DNA of 64,000 bases, from assembly GCA_024679065.1 (NCBI GenBank), contig JAGIQG010000013.1:35030001-35094000 (forward strand). The letters are read 5' to 3'. Under the pieces are notes generated by a model that saw only the letters and a program-made list of their open reading frames with translations, searched no databases and was not told where the DNA came from. This DNA comes from Sphyrna mokarran. Lineage: Eukaryota. The position numbers and the translations under genes are program-made. How positions within the stretch are numbered: the stretch's first letter is position 1; each line of letters begins with the position of its first letter. Shown here piece by piece: positions 12,042 through 21,941 of this stretch.

Positions 12042-13544
12042 GCTTTCTCCAGCTATATCGAGGGCATCCTGAAACCCATTGTACAAAGAACCCCCAGCTT
12101 TTGTCTTGACATTACGGACTTCTTACAGAAACTCAGCACACGTGGAGCAGTAGAACCAGGGACACTCCTTGTCACAATGGATGTCTCGGCGTTCTACACC
12201 AACATCCCCCACGACGATGGTATTGCTGCAACTGCCTCAGTACTCAATGCCAACAACTGCCAGTTTCCGGATGCAATTTTACAACTCATCCGCTTCATCT
12301 TGGACCACAATGTCTTCACCTTCAACAATCAGCTTTTCATCCAGACACACGGAACAGCCATGGGGACCAAATTTGCACCTCAGTATGCCAACATCTTCAT
12401 GCACAGGTTCGAACAAGACTTCTTCACCACACGAGATCTTCAACCAAGGTTATATACTAGATACATTGATGACATCTTTTTCCTTTGGACTCATGGTGAA
12501 CAATCATTGAAACAACTGTATGATGATATCAACAAGTTCCATCCCACCATCAGACTCACCATGGACTATTCTCCAGAATCAGTTGCATTCTTGGACACAC
12601 GCATCTCCATCAAGGACGGTCACCTCAGCACCTCACTGTACCGCAAACCGACAGACAACCTCACAATGCTCCACTTCTCCAGCTTCCACCCTAGACACGT
12701 TAAAGAAGCCATTCCCTATGAACAAGCCCTCCGTATACACAGAATTTGCTCAGATGAGGAGGATCGTGACAGACACCTCCAGACACTGAAGGATGCCCTC
12801 GTGAGAACAGGATATGGCGCTCGACTCATCGATCGACAGTTCCGACGTGCCACAACGATAAACCGCACTGACCTCCTCAGAAGACGAACACGGGACACGG
12901 TGGACAGAGTACCCTTTGTTGTCCAGTACTTCCCCGGAGCGGAGAAGCTACGACATCTTCTCCGGAGTCTTCAACATATCATTGATGACGATGAACATCT
13001 CGCTAGGGCCATCCCCACCCCCCCACTTCTTGCTTTCAGACAACCGCACAACCTCAAACAGATCATTGTTCGCAGCAAACTACCCAACCTTCAGGAGAAC
13101 AGTGACCACAATACCACACAACCCTGCCACAGCAACCTCTGCAAGACATGCCGGATCATAGACATGGACGACATCATCAAACGTGAGGATACCATTCACC
13201 AGGTGCACGGTACGTACTCTTGCAACTCGGCCAACGTTGTCTACCGAATACGTTGCAAGAAAGGATGTCCCGAAGCATGGTACATTGGGGAGACCATGCA
13301 GACACTACGACAGCGGATGAATGAGCATCGCTCAACAATCACCAGGCAAAACAGTTCCCTTCCTGTGGGCGAACACTTCAGCAGTCATGGGCATTCGGCC
13401 TCCGACCTGCGGGTAAATGTTCTTCAAGGGGGCTTTCGTGATACACGACAGCGCAGAGTCGCTGAGCAGAGACTGATAGCCAAGCTCCGCACACATGAGG
13501 ACGGTCTTAACAGGGATCTTGGCTTCATGACACACTATCTGTAA
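12042..13544 (+). CDS. Penelope-like RT-GIY-YIG polyprotein (N-terminally truncated, otherwise open)
   Basis: RT motifs VTMDVSAFYTNI, GTAMG, RYIDD, FLD; linker PCHSNLCKTC; GIY-YIG motifs NVVYRIRC...YIGET...RMNEH...E...GLN. Confidence 0.9.
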   Translation, partial: AFSSYIEGILKPIVQRTPSFCLDITDFLQKLSTRGAVEPGTLLVTMDVSAFYTNIPHDDGIAATASVLNANNCQFPDAILQLIRFILDHNVFTFNNQLFIQTHGTAMGTKFAPQYANIFMHRFEQDFFTTRDLQPRLYTRYIDDIFFLWTHGEQSLKQLYDDINKFHPTIRLTMDYSPESVAFLDTRISIKDGHLSTSLYRKPTDNLTMLHFSSFHPRHVKEAIPYEQALRIHRICSDEEDRDRHLQTLKDALVRTGYGARLIDRQFRRATTINRTDLLRRRTRDTVDRVPFVVQYFPGAEKLRHLLRSLQHIIDDDEHLARAIPTPPLLAFRQPHNLKQIIVRSKLPNLQENSDHNTTQPCHSNLCKTCRIIDMDDIIKREDTIHQVHGTYSCNSANVVYRIRCKKGCPEAWYIGETMQTLRQRMNEHRSTITRQNSSLPVGEHFSSHGHSASDLRVNVLQGGFRDTRQRRVAEQRLIAKLRTHEDGLNRDLGFMTHYL

Positions 13545-13770
13545 TCCCCGTCATGCAAAAGGTTAGCAAAAGAGGTTAGCATAAAACCTCACTTACTGTG
13601 CTGTCTGGAGAAAATACACAATTCTCTAATCAATGCTCAGGATTCCCTTCACACACATTGTTAGCCATTTTAACACTTGAATAGCAGGTTAGATGTAAGG
13701 ATTCGCATTCTAATCAGCAATCTCTGACCGTCTGTGCTGATGTGTGCTATTGCAGACCAGAACACTGCAT

Positions 13771-13807
13771 TTGCCTGAGGAAGACACGGAGTGTTGAAAG
13801 CTCGCAA
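13771..13807 (+). ncRNA. Minimal type-I hammerhead ribozyme in the PLE 3' region
   Basis: TTGC-CTGAGGA-A-GACAC(GGA)GTGTT-GAAA-GC-TC-GCAA: stem I, CUGANGA, stem II, GAAA, palindromic AGCU stem III and a UC cleavage site. AATAAA follows at about 13819. Confidence 0.7.
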
Positions 13808-14960
13808 TTTTACTATCAAATAAATCGGTTGGATTAAAAATTGGTGTTGCTAAATTCTTACTGAGTTCTAAACTATAGCTATCGATTGCACTAACTGAGC
13901 CTTCAAGCCTCATCCTAACATAAGCCTCCTTTTTCCTTTTAACCAGCGAATCAACGTTTTTCGTACACCAAGGTTCCCTTACTCGACCATTTCCTCCTTG
14001 TCTGACAGGGACATACTTATCAAGGACTCGCAGCAGCTGCTCCTTGAATAAGCTCCACATTCCAGATGTTCCCAGTTCCCAGTCAGTTCCAGACTAGTTT
14101 CCTAGTCCAATCTATACACCCTAATTCTCTCCTGATGGCCTCATAATTACCCTTCCCCCAGCTATAACTACTGCCCCAGCTTCATGCCTATCCCTATCCA
14201 TCACTAAGGTGAACGTAACCGAATTGTGGTCACTATCACCAAAATGTTCACTAACTTCCAAGCCTAACACCTGGTCTGGCTCATTGCCCAGCACCAAATC
14301 CAATGTAGCCTCACCTCTAGTTGGCCTATCTACATACTGAGTCAAAAAACCTTCCTGCACACTTTGTACGAAAACTGACCCCTCTAACGAGCTAGAGCTA
14401 TAGCTATTCCAATCAATATTAGTAAAGTTAAAGTCCCCCATAACAATTACCCTATTACTTTCACTCCTGACCAGAATTGACTTTGCAATCCTTTCCTCTA
14501 CCTCTCTAGAACTTTTAGGAGGTCTATAAAAGACTCCCAACAGGGTGACCTCTCCTCTCCTGTTTCTAATCTCAGCCCATACTACCTCAACAGACAAGTC
14601 CTCATCAAACTTCTTTTCTGTCACTGTGATACAGTCTTTGACTAATAATGCCACTCCTCCCCCCCTTCTACCTCCTTCTCTACTCCGACTAAAGCATTTG
14701 AACCCCGGAACCTGCAACATCCATTCCTGTCCCTGCTCTACCCAAGTCTCTGAAATGGCCACAACATCGAAGTTCCAGGTACTGGTCCAAGCTGCAAGTT
14801 CCTCCCCCTTATTGCGAATACTCCTTGCATTAAAGTATACGCATTTCAAACCATGCCCTACCCCACCCGTACGCTGCTGTGTTTTACAGCTTTCCTCTAT
14901 GACCCCCTTACTCTCATCCCTCTTAGCACCCCAACTACTTAGGATCCCACCCCCCCCGAA

Positions 14961-15884
14961 TCAGTTTAAAGCCCCCTGCATAGCCTTAGCAAATTTTCCC
15001 CCCAAGATATTAGTTCCCCTCTGGTTCAGGTGTAGACCATCTCTCTTGTAGAGGTCCCACCTATCCCTGAATGAGTCCCAATTGTTCAGGAACCTGAACC
15101 CCTCCCTCCTGCACCATCCCTGCAGCCACAAGTTCAAACATTCCCTCTCTCTGTCCTTCTCTAAACTATCCCTTGGCATAGGCAAGAGTCCAGAGATAAC
15201 CACTCTGCCAGTTTTGGCCCTAAGCTTCCACCCCAACTCCATAAATTTCTGTTTAATATCCCCTTCCCTTGTCCTTCTTATATCATGTGTCCCTACATGA
15301 ACTATGACTTGGGGCTGACTCCCCTCTCCCTTAAGAATCTTAAAAACCCGATCTGCGACATCCTGGACCCCAGCCCCTGGGAGGCAACACACCAGCCCTG
15401 AGTCACTTTTATTACTATTTACTCTCCTATCTGTCCCTCTAACTGTGGAGTCTCCAATTACTAGGCCCAATCTTTTATTCCCCCTACCCACCTGAGCATT
15501 CTCAGCAGGCTCACCCCCAGAGACCTGCTCCCTTTGGTCATCTCCAGTTGATTCTTCCTCAATTGTAGCCTCCAAGACAGAAAATTTGTTTTGGAGGGGA
15601 ACAGCCCCAGGGGATTGTCTACTCGATTGCTTCTTACCCCTCCTCCTAATAGTTACCCAAGAATCACTTTTAGGAGTGACTATCTCTTTGTTACTCCTGC
15701 CAATATCCTCCTCAACCTCTCGAATTACCCTGAGTTCCTCTAATTCCAGCTCCAGCTCCTTAACACGATCCGCAAGGAGCTGCAAATGTGCACACTTCCT
15801 GCAGGTGTAATCAGCAGGAACACTACTGGTGTCCCTCACCTCGTACATACCGCAGGAGGTGCAACGTACTGCCTGCACTACCAT
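14961..15884 (-). CDS. CR1 ORF1p: zinc finger/leucine zipper plus SGNH esterase, open 307 aa
   Basis: CTSC...CRKC followed by an LxxxxxxL coiled coil; esterase motifs VIGDS, HVGTHD and DGLH. Confidence 0.88.
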   Translation of the reverse strand: MVVQAVRCTSCGMYEVRDTSSVPADYTCRKCAHLQLLADRVKELELELEELRVIREVEEDIGRSNKEIVTPKSDSWVTIRRRGKKQSSRQSPGAVPLQNKFSVLEATIEEESTGDDQREQVSGGEPAENAQVGRGNKRLGLVIGDSTVRGTDRRVNSNKSDSGLVCCLPGAGVQDVADRVFKILKGEGSQPQVIVHVGTHDIRRTREGDIKQKFMELGWKLRAKTGRVVISGLLPMPRDSLEKDRERECLNLWLQGWCRREGFRFLNNWDSFRDRWDLYKRDGLHLNQRGTNILGGKFAKAMQGALN

Positions 15885-17541
15885 CCCTGATACTTTAATT
15901 TCCAGGAGAGAGAAAAAAAAACTTCCCACACACTTTTATTATTAGGTTAGAGGAGGGGGGAGGGTGGGATACTCTACCTGTGTAGAGTATCGGGTTTCCT
16001 CTCTGTACCAATTTATAGAGACAGAGAAAACTACAATCACCGGCAGCCTCCTAATGACGACTTCTGGTTTCTAGTTAGTTTAAATAAAAAACGGCAAAAA
16101 CTACCCCCGCTCACTATTTTAAACAAAGAGAAAAGTTAAAAACTACTTAACACTCAAACTTCACGCTCTCCCAAATCGCTGCCTCTCCGTGCTGCTCCAA
16201 GGGAACAATCCTTGGATATCACCCTCTTACTGCTGACCTCCCCGGGAGTCCTCAACAAGCCTTTGGTTCTACCGGCGAGGACATCATGTCTGGTTCCCCT
16301 TGCTGGGGATCAGTTGTGACCCTCACCGGAGAGAACCTCATCCAGCAAGGCCATAATGACATTAATGAGCCTGGACAATAATGTCCCAGGCTCACTAATT
16401 ACATTTAAATTATATTAAAATTCAATTTAAATAATTTATTCAGCCTTGCACTGGATATGGGAGTGAGATTGATCTTGTCAGATTTCTAGTGCCAGTAAGA
16501 TCACAAAAGACGAGAAATCAAGCACGAACCTAATTTCTTGGTGCAACCTTACCAGCTCGTCCCATCACCCCATGGGGCATGATAGTAAGATCGTCCCCTA
16601 CGGAACCATGTTTGCACTGATCTACAAGATGAGAGACTTTTAAAAACATTTAATCACATAACTGAAGGAATAATTATAATGACTGAGGCCCAGGTCAAAG
16701 GGTGGGCATGTGATAATCTCTTCAGAGATCTGATAGATAAAATTAAGTCTGACATTGAAGATTTGAGATTTTGAACCATTCCCCAACATTTGCCTCCCTA
16801 TACAAAATAAACTTTTTTAACATTCACCGAGACAAACATGAATTAATGATCACTCGACCGAATGGCAGTCCAGTGAAGGGGGCTACAAAATTTGTTTTGG
16901 TGCTCCCAGAGGAAAATATTTCCAAACACGGTTTTCAAGGACTGTTACAGATTTAAATCACTACGGACAGAAGAAGGTGGCTGGGTTCGCCGAGCCAGGT
17001 CTAAAGGATTTATGACCCATAAGGAGGATGAGGCACATTTGAGCACAACAGAATGCTGTTCAGAATCAGAACATTACATAGTGTGTTACTGTTGGATCGT
17101 TGAGCCTTGAGGGAACATCAGCTAGTTATTTACCATTGAAGGAAGCATTTAAAATAGTTCAGGTGGGCCCCATGCAATGGTACATGATCACACTGGAGAC
17201 AGAAATAATCTCTGGGGCTTTACTTTGTGAAAAGCAATCACAGCTTTGTTTGTCAATGACAGACTCATTGACTATGGGAGAGTTCCCTCTCCCTGGAAAA
17301 ACAAGAAGTTCCAAGCTTGGTGCCTGTTGGGATGACTCATTGTACGTTGATGAGACATTGAGGGAAGTGGTCTGACAGGCCATGCGAGAGGCTATGGAAT
17401 TTGTCCATTAATATATCAGACATTCCAAAGAAAAGATCCATAAGGTATGGATACAGATGAACCCAGACTGCCACTAGATCGAAACAATCAGGATTACACC
17501 ATTGGTGATATGAATTTGTTCCAAGAATGGCAGGAAATCAC

Positions 17542-17831
17542 CTAACTAAATGTGAGAAATAATCAGGATGTGGATTAACATAGAGACAAAGATAATGTTA
17601 TTGTGGGCCAGCACAATGTGCTATTAGTAAAGAACATTTGTTAAATTGGCAGATTTGGCAGTGTCTTGCTATGCTCCTATGCTATCCTGCAAAAAGGGAG
17701 AAAGGGGAAATTCAGAAGCTGAAATTTACAGCAGGGTATATTAGGAAAATGTCTGACATCTGGACAATCAGCCATCCAAAAGATTCAGAGAGGTGTTCTC
17801 ACCATCATATTGGTCTTTTTGGGTGGTCACT
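17542..17831 (-). pseudogene. Possible degenerate hinge microexon (17803-17831) plus TM exon (17542-17686)
   Basis: 29-nt ...GTG ACC ACC CAA AAA GAC CAA TAT GAT G|gtgaga (VTTQKDQYD, compare VATRKNKNYD). Then a strong acceptor ccctttttgcag| and a stop-interrupted DTAKSANLTNVLY**HIVLAHNNIIFVSMLIHILII. Confidence 0.3.
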
Positions 17832-19727
17832 CTAATGGCCAAAGGGTGAGAGGTGAAAGAGTTAATTATCCCTCAAGTTTAAAAATCACACAAATTGCAT
17901 TGGGAAGCCTCAGCATCATAGTGACTTTTGCTCTACCATATTTGTTCTCATCATTTCTTCTCATTCACCCGAAGAGCCTCCTCACTCTTTGTCACTGGGC
18001 CAAGATGATCACCAATCCAATACAATCATCTCAGTGGGTCCTCATGTGCAGTTAGCACGCTGGTGCTCCTATTGCTAGTTGCTGTCTTCCTTGTACTCAG
18101 GTACCTACCTACCTGTCCAACTGTGCTCGACAAGACTTCCCCCCCCCCCACTCTTCCCACTCAACTACCCCTGTAATTTCAGGAGAGCAGCTGTTTACTG
18201 CACAGCCCCTCACGTGTGCTACAGGAAAGTCATATATTTTCAAATGGATGAGACAGATCTCTTTGTGCCAGTCACTTGTGTACAGAGTCTAGGTAATTCC
18301 CTGAGGTGGACACGACCAACTCCCCACTGTGTGATTGTCTCCCTTCATCAGATCTGCCTTGGATAATGTATGCAGTCCATATGTCCTATGAAAATCTCAA
18401 CATCCCCATTAATGAGCTTAAGTTTTTTTGATGAGGCAATAGTGTCAATGAAGGTAATACAGTTGATGTGAAGTACATTAATTTCCAAAGGACATTTCAT
18501 AGATTACCACATAACAGGCTTGACTGCAATGTTACAGCTCATAAAATCAAGCAGGACATGGATATGAAATTGGCTGGGTGATCGGATACAGAGAGTAGTG
18601 GAGAATCATTGTTTATTTGACTGGAAGAGAGTACGTTTTTTTTAGGAGTCAGCTATTAGAACCACCGCTTTTCTTGGTATATTTCAATGCTTAGACTTGG
18701 CCATGCAAGGCGCAATTTCAAAATTCACACGTGACACAAAGCTCCAAAATATTGTAGCCTGTGAGAAAGTAGCGATAATCTTCCAGAGGAAATGGAAAGC
18801 TTCATTTAGTGGTTGCACACATAAAAAAGAGAAGAGTGAAGTAACACATTTTAGTAGAAAGAACAGAGAGGAACAATATAAAATAAGGATGCAATTCTAA
18901 AGAGAGTGAGAACGTGTGTGAATATGTGCAGAAATCATTCAACATAGCAGGGTTGGTTCATGAATTGGGTCAGCAAGCACCTGAGATCCTGAACTATATA
19001 AATAGCAGTGTGTACAACAAAGTTATAATTGAACCTTTATTAAGACACTGGGTCAACATTAATGGGCATATTGGTGAAAACTTTCTGCTCCTGTTCTGTA
19101 CGGGTAGGTTTGGGAGATGGAAGTGGAAAATCTTGCAAGAGGCCCAAATCATGTCTTTCTTTGACAGGTGGTGTCACCTCGATTGGCCCTGCCCCTGCCA
19201 CCCCTACTAGTTATGTAATGGGAATCCTGATATTCAACACTGGGACAGTCAGGATCTGAGTTGAAAACCCTGGCCTTTCAACAAGCTAATAAGATTCATA
19301 GGCAGAATACAGTCTTTAAGAGAACAGGGAAATCAGTAAAAAGTTAAATGATTATTAGGCAAGCTAATGCAAACAGCTTACACATATGTGAAGGCAGTAA
19401 GTGAATCATAACAGGCAGTTATGATTATAAAACATGGATGCTGATATTTTAAGTGTATTTTAAACGGATTATTCACTTTAGTCAAAGTTACAGAAAGGAT
19501 GGTGGTAAATGTCATTAGTTTAAAACCAGAAGTCTGGGAATCGGCTAGTCAGCATATTGGGAATTCCTATGAGGAAACATATTCTGCAACATTAATGAAT
19601 AGATGTATTCACTGCCCACACGCACACACACAAGGATAGAGGTGCCGCTGGATGCAGGAATACACGTCTATTCAACTTGGCAGTGAGCCGGTGGGGATGT
19701 TCACTTTGACCTTACGGCAGCATCTAC

Positions 19728-19870
19728 CTTGTCAGGCAACAGGGATGTAGTTAGAGCCAAGAAGAGAGGCTGTCAGGATTTAAAGGAGGAACAAAATATC
19801 ACCATGGTATTAAGTATCATATGTTCGGCTGCTGAGGTACTTGATGGAGATTTGCACTGATACATAATTA
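19728..19870 (-). pseudogene. Possible degenerate copy of the CP/TM exon
   Basis: tttaatttag|TA ATT ATG TAT CAG TGC...: VIMYQC...AAEHMILNTMV then (frameshift) ILFLL*ILTASLLGSNY, resembling IIIQC..AESAIILNNL..YILFVLL. Donor AAG|gtagat. Confidence 0.3.
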
Positions 19871-21341
19871 CTAAATTAAATTGATATTAATGAAAGGCAG
19901 AATTATTGATTAGGAAAAACTACATATGATCTGTATTTGATCACATAGTTTAGGTCTTTTGGAATAGTTCTGTAGCTCTGTTCCTAAAGCTGTTAATCAT
20001 TTGGAAGTCTCGGGTCAACTGTACGTTTGTTCTATATAAAATATATTTGTTGCATCTTTGCACAGAGATATTTGCCTTGTGTGTTTTGAATTGTCTAAGT
20101 TAAGATACAATTGGCCACCTTCAAATTTCCCCTCAACAGTCTTTCATGGTGTGCACACGACAGGAAAACCTCACAGATGAGTTCAAGTAGATGCATTACT
20201 CAGACAGGAGAAGGTCATGCCTAGGGAGTACCCGAGCAATAACAAGGGCAATGCCAGGGGGCAGACAGAGGGTTCCACCTGAACTTTTGTGCACTGGGGC
20301 AACTTTTATACATGGTCCTCTGATCTTCAAAAAACTGAATTGCTGGCAGAGTAGTCTCTGCCAAGCATTAAGTCGTGGGACCCACCCTGGAATTTTTTTC
20401 ATTATATTCCTAACAATACAGTGGAAAAGCCGTGGCTGGTGCTGATGGCTTCAATTCCACTTTTTCCATCTGTTGCAGTTCATGACAGTGTCAATAGAGA
20501 CTGTTCCCATTTGCCAATAGATTGAGAACTAGGGGAGACCAATTTAAGGTGAATGGCTAAAGAAGTGACATGACTTTGTGACTAGGACCTAGAATGCAAT
20601 TCAATGGTTTTTGAAAGGGAACTCAATAGCTATCTGAAGGGAAAACAATTTGCAAAGCTCCAGGAAAGAACAGGTAACCAGGACTAGCTGATTTGCTCTT
20701 GCAGAGAGCAGAATGAGGGATTTCTGTACAGCTGCATGCATTCTATAATCTGGGACTTATTGTGTACATCTCAATTTAAGGAATGGGCAGTTTAAACCAA
20801 ATGACATTTACTGCTGTTATTATGTTTTAATGTGATTGACTTTCCAAAAAGTAACTATACATAACTACAGATTACATTTCAAATAATTTTCCAAAAGTAC
20901 TAACTTATTAATATAAATCTCACTGGTATTACTGCTCTCGCCATTTCTGCAGCTACTTATATTTGATTATATCTGTTAACTCTAACACCGTAGAAAAAGC
21001 TATTAGTTAAATTCAAAGCTGAGAGATAGAGGACAAACTCTAATGAACAATGGCAGAATGGTGGAAATTATCTGGAATGTGTTACAGAAGTAATGTCCAG
21101 GTCGGAGGGAGTGCTACAGCATGAAAAGATTTCCCACACTATTTGTGGGGCAGCCTCTAATGATACCCTGAAGGGCCACTGACTGGATTCGCAGTCTGTT
21201 ACTAATGGTTAGACCATTGACATTGCATGCCAGGCTATTCACACATGAAAATTACAAACATGGTCCAACAACATATCTTCTTAATATCTAATCTATTGCC
21301 TAATCCAAACAACAAAGTTTCAATAAGATATCTTCCCTCAC

Positions 21342-21695
21342 CTTGAACAGTCAGATGACTCCCAGAGCCCACGATCTTCTTTAAAAGTGAACCTTTGTGA
21401 ATAAGGATGTTACAATAATACATCCCTGTGTCACTAATAAGAAGGTCCCTAATTCTCAATTTGCTGTAGAAAAATGTTGTGTTCACCCTGGACACAATGA
21501 TACGATCATCTTCCAACTCAGTAGTGATATTTCTCACATGTGTATCACCAAGTGTCACTTTAACGTAATGCCAATAGATACTGCCATTTGCCGCCTTGCC
21601 TTCATCCTGTAGAATGCAGTCGAAATAGGCAGTCTGGCCTTCCTGCAGCCGGAGTGTGGAGGGAAACTGTAGCCTCTTTGATCCAACAGCAACAC
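21342..21695 (-). CDS. Germline-joined V+J-type Ig domain exon
   Basis: ctgtaatag|GT GTT...GTT CAA G|gtgagg, 354 nt, open. Translation CVAVGSKRLQFPSTLRLQEGQTAYFDCILQDEGKAANGSIYWHYVK...SKLRIRDLLISDTGMYYCNILIHKGSLLKKIVGSGSHLTVQ. Contains B-strand Cys, C-strand Trp, DxGxYYC and a J-like GSGSxLTV. Confidence 0.93.
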
Positions 21696-21826
21696 CTATT
21701 ACAGAACAACCTCATTAAAATGTTGAAGATAGCTACAAAACTTCAATGTAAGTTATAATAAATCTGCCACAATATTGAGAGCGATTAATCAGATACATTA
21801 CTTATATCTGGAATGAATATACTTAC

Positions 21827-21860
21827 AGGCTGCAAACAAAAGCAATGTGGCAAGCATCAT
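21827..21860 (-). CDS. Leader exon of IgSF V-J receptor gene
   Basis: ATG ATG CTT GCC ACA TTG CTT TTG TTT GCA GCC T|gtaagt = MMLATLLLFAA. Phase-1, 131-nt intron, as in antigen-receptor V leaders. Confidence 0.85.
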
Positions 21861-21926
21861 GCGTTATCACTAATGATGGTGTGAATAAGCACATTTTTTT
21901 TGCTGTTAAGTTAACTGTAGCAGCAA

Positions 21927-21941
21927 TTTCACTTCCTCTTT
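21927..21941 (-). promoter_or_regulatory. PU.1/ETS-IRF composite element (AAAGAGGAAGTGAAA)
   Basis: Exact GGAAnnGAAA core with a purine-rich PU-box flank, 67-81 nt upstream of the leader ATG. Confidence 0.6.

Larger units (their letters stand above)
11564..13872 (+). mobile_element. Penelope-like element (RT + GIY-YIG, Neptune-type Cys linker), 5'-truncated with an inverted 3' segment
   Basis: 10-bp TSD CTATAGCTAT (11554-11563 and 13873-13882). Inverted arms 11598-12040 and 13429-13869. Confidence 0.92.
8871..16198 (-). mobile_element. Full-length CR1 LINE (5' UTR, ORF1, ORF2 APE-RT, (TTCTATG)n tail), interrupted twice
   Basis: ORF1 14961-15884. APE domain from 14849 (CVYFNARSIRNK...GDFNF...SDHN). 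RT pieces 11136-11528, 9720-10148 (QGSVLGP, KFADD) and 8963-9549. Tail repeats at 8871-8890. ORF2 carries frameshifts and a stop. Confidence 0.92.
8456..16598. mobile_element. Non-autonomous TIR element (PIF/Harbinger-like MITE) split by a CR1 insertion
   Basis: Termini AAGGGCGATCTTA (8456-) and TAAGATCGTCCCC (-16598) are imperfect inverted repeats flanked by TAC on both sides (8453-8455, 16599-16601). Arms span about 8456-8870 and 16199-16598. Confidence 0.55.

Noticed and set aside
17159-17383. Minus ORF with C1-like snippets (APSLELLV, C..P.IISVS)
   Set aside because: Lacks the invariant Trp, a correctly spaced second Cys and convincing exon boundaries; not accepted as the missing C1 exon.
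20050-20190. LELICEV...TIQNTQGKYLCA Ig-like pattern on the minus strand
   Set aside because: No Trp, Cys spacing too short, internal stop, no splice sites; probably chance.
21372-21399. Cryptic RSS inside the V-J exon (CACAAAG-12-AGAAGATCG)
   Set aside because: Only 5/7 heptamer and 5/9 nonamer matches, lies within coding sequence, and no partner RSS or free J segments are visible.
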